From Nostoc punctiforme PCC 73102 (GTDB taxonomy: Bacteria; Cyanobacteriota; Cyanobacteriia; Cyanobacteriales; Nostocaceae), in contig NC_010628.1 in NCBI RefSeq assembly GCF_000020025.1, positions 150,001-182,000 of the forward strand: DNA of 32,000 nucleotides, in the 5' to 3' direction. A program made the translations under genes and the position numbers. The notes under the pieces are model-generated. The model worked only from the letters and a program-made list of their open reading frames with translations, ran no database searches and was not told the origin of the DNA. Shown here piece by piece: positions 27,209 to 32,000 of this stretch. Position 1 is the stretch's first letter. Each line of letters opens with the position of its first letter.

Positions 27209-27352
27209 ATGCTGTCAAATCTTTATAAAGACATCCGCTTATTTCGATTTGACGATAAAACCGGACAGGTTTACATCCTGGCTGGAGATGAACTGAAAGT
27301 TATCATTTTGAATAATGGTATTTGGGATTTTGTCAATGAACCCGAATTATGA
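27209..27352 (+). CDS. Small protein (recalled as DUF6888-like), possibly lacking its original start
   Basis: 'MLSNLYKDIRLFRFDDKTGQVYILAGDELKVIILNNGIWDF'. The same frame is open back to 27167 ('TTTEQALTCVRVCK') and looks like part of the family N-terminus, but has no ATG, GTG or TTG. Confidence 0.45.
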   Translation: MLSNLYKDIRLFRFDDKTGQVYILAGDELKVIILNNGIWDFVNEPEL

Positions 27353-27533
27353 GCAAATGAGTTTTACAGAGTTGAGAACTTATGTCGTGGAAAACCGCGA
27401 AGATATTGAAGCTCTAGGTTTTTTGATGAGCAAACGCGATCCTAATTCTAAAGGCTATCCTATGCCTGTTACCGAAGCTGATATGCAAGCCCAAATGGAA
27501 ATTATTAGGCGTAAAATTAACGGAGAGCTTTGA
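27336..27533 (+). CDS. Small protein (recalled as DUF6887-like)
   Basis: 'MNPNYEQMSFTELRTYVVENREDIEALGFLMSKRDP...'. It overlaps the upstream ORF by 17 nt. The ORF track's earlier start at 27315 is less plausible. Confidence 0.5.
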   Translation: MNPNYEQMSFTELRTYVVENREDIEALGFLMSKRDPNSKGYPMPVTEADMQAQMEIIRRKINGEL

Positions 27534-27586
27534 GATTATTATCTAACTTCAGTAAGCAAAAATCGGGTGCGTGTTATTTACCCACC

Positions 27587-28273
27587 TTAAAGACTATCTG
27601 GATCAATATTCAATTCTCGGAGTTTAGCAGCTAATCTTTGCGCTTTCTCTTCTGTGGCTTGTCGTGCAGATGCTTCCTCTTCATGAGTTAGCAGCGTTTG
27701 ACTGGTAGTTGGATTGTAAAAACGCAGTTTTCCTGCTTCTAGGCGTAACTCTAGCCCCAATACTTCACTGGGTAGATATACTGTACCATCTGCCAGGGTA
27801 TTAGTTCCCACTGGGAAATAATTCCCATCCACCAAGTGTAAACCCTGGAGTTGGGGATTGAGATAATCGCCTGTGGGGTCATATTGAAAATATTCACGCA
27901 CTCCCAGAAAAGCGTAAATTCCTTTTTTTGCACCTTGGTCTTTGCTACGGGTAGCTTTTGAAGTAATCTCTAGAACAAAATCTGGGGTTTGATTATTTTC
28001 TTCCCAGGTTTTATAAGAGCGTCTGTCTCGGTTTTCCACTCCAAACACCACAAATACATCTGGAGCTACAACTGATTCTGGATAACCTTTTTCGTAGTAA
28101 ATAAATAGATTACCAGCGACGTATACATCTGGGTGATTTTGGAAATAAATCCTCAGCACATTTCTTGCATAAGTCAAGTAACTGCACTGGATATCACCTT
28201 CAGCCATTGGCTTACCGTCCTCATCTGGGTATTCAATTGGAGCAACTGGGATATACTCTACTGAGGCTGTCAT
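27587..28273 (-). CDS. Uma2-family (DUF820) PD-(D/E)xK endonuclease
   Basis: 'YPDEDGKPMAEG', 'APDVFVVFG' and 'PDFVLEITSK' form a D...D/E-x-K core. A C-terminal coiled-coil tail is present. The family is very abundant in cyanobacteria. Confidence 0.85.
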   Translation of the reverse strand: MTASVEYIPVAPIEYPDEDGKPMAEGDIQCSYLTYARNVLRIYFQNHPDVYVAGNLFIYYEKGYPESVVAPDVFVVFGVENRDRRSYKTWEENNQTPDFVLEITSKATRSKDQGAKKGIYAFLGVREYFQYDPTGDYLNPQLQGLHLVDGNYFPVGTNTLADGTVYLPSEVLGLELRLEAGKLRFYNPTTSQTLLTHEEEASARQATEEKAQRLAAKLRELNIDPDSL

Positions 28274-28364
28274 GGGTAGTAACTCAACTCAACTAGGGCT
28301 AGATTAAATTTAGCATCTGAATTCTTTAGCCAAATAAAAAGTGAGCCAGATTTATTATGTTGCT

Positions 28365-28534
28365 CTAAGAGGATGTTTGAAAAGTCCTCTTGTCGGTATC
28401 AAAAATTTTAGATCCCCCTAAATCCCCCTTAAAAAGGGGGACTTTAATTCCGGTTCCCCCCTTGTTAAGGGGGGTTAAGGGGGATCTAAAAGTGCCTAAA
28501 GTCACAACAAAACACTTTTCAAACAACCTCTAAG
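28365..28534. mobile_element. MITE-like element with 21-nt imperfect terminal inverted repeats and a cloverleaf of nested palindromes
   Basis: Terminal repeats 'ctaagaggatgtttgaaaagt' (28365-28385) and 'acttttcaaacaacctctaag' (28514-28534). Outer stem 28406-28421 / 28475-28491. Inner hairpins at 28423-28441 and 28456-28474. Confidence 0.6.
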
Positions 28535-28558
28535 TTTAGTTCTAGCACTGGAGGAAAA

Positions 28559-29165
28559 ATGCACTTTTCTGCTTTAGTGATAATGCCATTAGATACAGAG
28601 ATATCGAAACTAAAGTAGAAGAAATTTTAAGTTCCTACAACGGAAATATAGAAGTTGAACCTTACAGAGAATACTTGAACTATGAGGAATTAGAAAATGA
28701 TAAAAAACGCCTTGAAACTTTTCCCCTAGACAAGATTGAAAAGATGGCAGCAGACTGGGAAGTTTGTAGTAATGACTTTGAAACTTTAGCCAAAATAGAG
28801 TTGGAATGGTTTGAAGATGAAGTAGATGGGATTGATGAAAAAGCGAATATAAAATATTAACTTATAATCCTCAAGGGAAGTAGAATTGGTATCATTTTAT
28901 AGAATTTGAACCTGTAGAATCAGGAACACCTATACCCTATCCGTGTCGAGTTGCTGATTTACCTCAAGTAGTACCGTATGCGATTGTAACTCCCAATAGT
29001 GAATGGTATGAATTGGGCGAAGATGCAGGGATAAAAGCCTTTGCAAATACGTTAAAGGGAAATCAGATCGTCAGTGACGAAGAAGCGGAGTGGCAACTTA
29101 AAGTTCAGGAAATTCTGGCGCACTATTCAGATTATCTTTGTGTTGCTTTAATGTGCCACAGATAA
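28559..29165 (+). pseudogene. Decayed conserved hypothetical gene (two frameshifts plus an in-frame TAG)
   Basis: ATG 28559 'MHFSALVIMP..' stops at about 28616. Frame 1 continues '..DIETKVEEILSSYNGNIEVEPYREY...' to 28860. Frame 0 reads 'YNPQGK*NWYHFIEFEPVESG...ALMCHR*', with TAG at 28881-28883 where a Trp codon is expected. Confidence 0.6.
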
Positions 29166-29179
29166 TTTTCTTAGTACAG

Positions 29180-29539
29180 TTAACTAACCAAAACCCGATC
29201 GCCATGAGTTGGAGGCTGTGAAATCACCAAAAATTCTAAATCAGAGTCACTTTCATTGAGCATCTGATGAGGAACATTAGGCGGAACTTCTACACCTTCG
29301 TGTTGAGAAAGTACTTGGCGGGAACCATCGATTTCTAAGGTTGCCTTTCGAGATAAGATAAAGAAAAACTGGTGCGTAGGTGTAGCCCGTCGTAGACATC
29401 GCTGGTGATAGTGTCTAACTTCTGAGGTTTTTGGTGGCATCATTTCTTGAATCACACTTAACTCTGGTTGTTTAACAAGATGCCAACCATGACAGTTATT
29501 ACCCCATAAATTATGCTCGGCAGTTTCTTTGTTAATCAT
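29180..29539 (-). CDS. Small cupin-domain protein carrying an in-frame repeat insertion
   Basis: Cupin motif 1 'HYHQ...QFFFILSRKATLEIDG' and motif 2 'GVEVPPNVPHQMLN'. Motif 1 is interrupted by 'RCLRRATPTH', encoded by the dispersed repeat. Confidence 0.75.
   Translation of the reverse strand: MINKETAEHNLWGNNCHGWHLVKQPELSVIQEMMPPKTSEVRHYHQRCLRRATPTHQFFFILSRKATLEIDGSRQVLSQHEGVEVPPNVPHQMLNESDSDLEFLVISQPPTHGDRVLVS
29372..29402. repeat. Small dispersed repeat (copy 2), inside the cupin CDS
   Basis: 'gtgcgtaggtgtagcccgtcgtagacatcgc' matches the reverse complement of 24987-25017 at 30 of 31 positions. The hexamer 'ctggtg' occurs at 29369-29374 and 29402-29407. Confidence 0.8.
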
Positions 29540-29593
29540 TTGCTGTAAGCTTCAAGTTTTGAGGATAAAAAAATCTGCCATATATTACAAGCT

Positions 29594-29944
29594 TTACAAC
29601 TTTGTTTTCGCTTTAAACTGAGCGTAAAACTCTTTAGGAGCCTCATCAAAATACTTAAATAGAGCAGGGCAAAGCCATCCTTCACGATCTAAATCTGCAC
29701 TGTAATACCAGTTACCTCCATATTCTTCACGCCGCCAGCCAAACTCGATCTGGTAGCCAGGAAAAGGAGATGCAGAAAATACCAAACTGAACCCTGACTC
29801 TGCATCTGGAATTTGTGCCACCATTCTTTCGATAATTTCGTCTGCCCCCGCCACGAAAGGCTCTTGAACTAGACCTACCTTGTCATCATCAAACACCCAC
29901 ATTTCGCCGAACTTATAAGGATGAATAACCATGATTGAGTTCAT
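29594..29944 (-). CDS. Conserved hypothetical protein
   Basis: Well-formed 116-aa ORF ('WVFDDDKVGLVQEPFVAGADEIIERM...'). It resembles a widespread uncharacterised family I cannot name with confidence. ATG 29932 is an alternative start. Confidence 0.6.
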   Translation of the reverse strand: MNSIMVIHPYKFGEMWVFDDDKVGLVQEPFVAGADEIIERMVAQIPDAESGFSLVFSASPFPGYQIEFGWRREEYGGNWYYSADLDREGWLCPALFKYFDEAPKEFYAQFKAKTKL

Positions 29945-30001
29945 AGAGTTTCCTAGCAGTTAATCTCGTATCAATTTAATAATGATACGTCTAAATAACG
30001 T

Positions 30002-30028
30002 TAAAAAAGACAGGCTTATTGCCTGTCT
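30002..30028 (-). terminator. Rho-independent terminator of petA
   Basis: On the minus strand: 'AGACAGGC-aataa-GCCTGTCT', a perfect 8-bp stem, followed by a T tract (complement of a30003-a30007). It lies 26 nt after the petA stop. Confidence 0.7.
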
Positions 30029-30053
30029 CGTAAGTAATGATTTAGCAAAGAAT

Positions 30054-31055
30054 TTAGAAATTCATTTCAGCAGCTTGAACTTTCTCAACCTGCTTCTTCT
30101 TCAGCACAAGCATAACTTGAGCCAACATTACAAGAGCTACGAATGCAATCATCCATTTGACTCTAGAGGAATCTTGCAGTACGATTTCTGCATCTATTTG
30201 ACCGAATCCACCGACGTTCGGGTTGTTGGTCAAAGCATCACCAGTCTTAACTGCTTGCCCTTCGGAAACAATCAGGTCTGGCCCTAAAGGAACCGTATCA
30301 ACAACAACATCACCAGATTCAGGTTGGATGTTTACTAGATATTTAACGTTCCCGTCTGCATCTTCCTCTTTGGCAATCTTGGTAATTGTGCCAGTGGCGG
30401 AAGCGTTGTAAACACTATTGTTGCTCTTTTCGCCAGTAGGATAAACTTGTCCGCGTCCCCGATTACCACCTACGTGAACTGAATATTTACCGAAGTGGAT
30501 GTTTTTGTCAGTTGCGGGGTTGGGAGAAAGAACTGGGAAGATGATTTCCTGATACTGTTCACCAGGTAAGGGACCGACGATGACGACATTTTCTTTGTCT
30601 TCGCTGTAGGGTTGGAAGGCAGTGTCGCCAATTTCTTCTTTAAGTTCCTCAGAAATCCGGTCTTCGGGAGCAATCTTAAAGCCTTCAGGTAGCATCAGTA
30701 CAGCACCGACGTTCAAGCCAACCTTAGAACCATCGGCACCAACTTGCTGGGCGGACAGATCGTAAGGGATTTTCACTATAGCTTTGAATACAGTGTCAGG
30801 TAGAACCGATTGAGGAACTTCTACTTCTGTAACTTTGGCGGCTAGGTGACAGTTGGCACAAACAATGCGCCCAGTAGGTTCGCGGGGGGTTTCGGGATAG
30901 GTTTGCTGTGCCCAAAATGGATAGGCGGCAGCTGATTGGGGAAGGGCTAGATCGCTGGTGAAGTAAAATGTCACAGTGGCGATCGCTATGAGCAATGTTT
31001 TTACGATCGCTCTAGCACTGCGAGTTAACCTCGCTGTTCGGAAAACATTTCTCAT
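30054..31055 (-). CDS. petA: Cytochrome f (apocytochrome f)
   Basis: Mature N-terminus '[26 protein letters not shown]' with heme motif CANCH, plus a C-terminal transmembrane anchor. Start ATG 31055 ('[10 protein letters not shown]') is preferred over the TTG at 31070. Confidence 0.95.
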   Translation of the reverse strand: MRNVFRTARLTRSARAIVKTLLIAIATVTFYFTSDLALPQSAAAYPFWAQQTYPETPREPTGRIVCANCHLAAKVTEVEVPQSVLPDTVFKAIVKIPYDLSAQQVGADGSKVGLNVGAVLMLPEGFKIAPEDRISEELKEEIGDTAFQPYSEDKENVVIVGPLPGEQYQEIIFPVLSPNPATDKNIHFGKYSVHVGGNRGRGQVYPTGEKSNNSVYNASATGTITKIAKEEDADGNVKYLVNIQPESGDVVVDTVPLGPDLIVSEGQAVKTGDALTNNPNVGGFGQIDAEIVLQDSSRVKWMIAFVALVMLAQVMLVLKKKQVEKVQAAEMNF

Positions 31056-31081
31056 CTCTAATAAGGGCAACGATTGAATTT

Positions 31082-31154
31082 GTCATTAGTCATTGGTCAT
31101 TAGTCATTAGTCATTAAGCCCTGAACAAAGGACGAATGACTAAGAACTAAGGAC
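31082..31154. repeat. STRR array (GTCATTA/GTCATTG x5) followed by inverted heptamers (..GAATGAC TAAGAAC TAAGGAC) in the petC-petA spacer
   Basis: Direct reading: five heptamers at 31082-31116 and opposite-sense units at 31127-31154. Confidence 0.8.
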
Positions 31155-31161
31155 AAAATTA

Positions 31162-31701
31162 TTAACTCCACCAAGGTGCATCACCGGTGCGGAAGTCGGT
31201 TTCTGTCCAAGGGGTCAAAACGATTTTGTCGTCGCTTACATTGGTATGGGCTAAAGCCAAAGACAGTGGTGCTGGACCCCGAACAACCTTACCTGTTTCG
31301 TCATATTGGGAACCATGACAAGGACATTTAAATTTGTTCTCAGCAACGTTCCAGGGGACGACACAACCTAAGTGGGTGCAGATGGCGTTAATGCCATAAT
31401 CTTTGATCGCCTCTTTGCTGTCTACCACAATATAGGTAGGATCTCCCTTAAGTCCTTGGACTAGGTTGCGATCGCCTGCATTCCGGTTTTCTAGAAATTT
31501 GGTGACGCTAACATCGTTACCTAGCTCATCTTTTGCCGTTGTACCGCCACCAGCACCACCAGTTGCGGGTGGAATAAAGTAGTTGACAACGGGATACAAT
31601 GCACCCAGAGCTACTCCAGTGACAGTCCCAAAAGTGAGCAGATTCATGAACTGACGACGACCCATATCGGGCACGTCTGCTGATTCAGAAAATTGAGCCA
31701 T
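31162..31701 (-). CDS. petC: Cytochrome b6-f complex Rieske iron-sulfur subunit
   Basis: Rieske boxes '[10 protein letters not shown]' and 'CPCHGSQY'. The N-terminal segment '[11 protein letters not shown]' is present. Confidence 0.95.
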   Translation of the reverse strand: MAQFSESADVPDMGRRQFMNLLTFGTVTGVALGALYPVVNYFIPPATGGAGGGTTAKDELGNDVSVTKFLENRNAGDRNLVQGLKGDPTYIVVDSKEAIKDYGINAICTHLGCVVPWNVAENKFKCPCHGSQYDETGKVVRGPAPLSLALAHTNVSDDKIVLTPWTETDFRTGDAPWWS

Positions 31702-31929
31702 AATCTACGCGCTCTTTGTGTATTTTGTTAAGCATTTTGACAAAAGTACTGTACTTGAGGAACTCTTGTCTAAGTCGAAATGCTAGCGCTCACAACGATG
31801 CCATACTTCTTTGTTCCAAGATATAAAAAGCATCTTTTCTGTTAGCATTACATTTCTTTATATCCTTATCATACTGGAGTCACGGAACTTAACATCATAA
31901 CTAAATGTAAAATCTGATTGAGAAAAGCT

Positions 31930-32000
31930 ATGACAGGACAGGAATTACGTCAGATGTTGCTTGATAAGTGGGGATATTCTTATGATGTCCAGTTCCGACG
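31930..32000 (+). CDS. 5' end of a conserved hypothetical gene (recalled as DUF3067-like), truncated by the window edge
   Basis: 'MTGQELRQMLLDKWGYSYDVQFR...' is open to the end of the window. Confidence 0.45.
   Translation, partial: MTGQELRQMLLDKWGYSYDVQFR

Overview
This 32-kb chromosomal segment looks like a heterocyst-forming (Nostoc/Anabaena-type) cyanobacterium. It has about 25 perfect HIP1 octamers (GCGATCGC), heptameric STRR arrays in many spacers, and a petC-petA operon. Most genes are core. They include mutS2 (5' end outside the window), the type IV pilus operon pilB-pilT-pilC, grpE-dnaK, dnaJ/TusA-like/rsgA with overlapping stop/start codons, a GH57 glucan-branching-type enzyme and petCA. 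There are also cyanobacteria-restricted conserved unknowns: a DUF3038-like/DUF4335-like pair and a DUF2997-like/Ycf35/ferredoxin operon. Unusual content: (1) three tandem secreted proteins with PEP-CTERM-like tails, one of them a ModA-fold binding protein; (2) an 849-bp internally deleted IS with perfect 16-bp terminal inverted repeats and a 9-bp target duplication, sitting in the divergent pilB/grpE promoter region; (3) a 170-bp cloverleaf MITE-like element; (4) two decayed genes; (5) a small overlapping two-gene cassette next to a Uma2-family nuclease; (6) short dispersed repeats inserted in frame into mutS2, rsgA, a cupin and the DUF4335-like gene; (7) an unexplained G+C-rich, hairpin-dense block of about 340 bp in the dnaK-dnaJ spacer. 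I saw no rRNA, tRNA or CRISPR array. I cannot point to a complete, clear-cut novel multi-gene system; the findings list the best follow-up candidates. All functional calls rest on motif recognition by eye and on recalled family knowledge, not on database searches.
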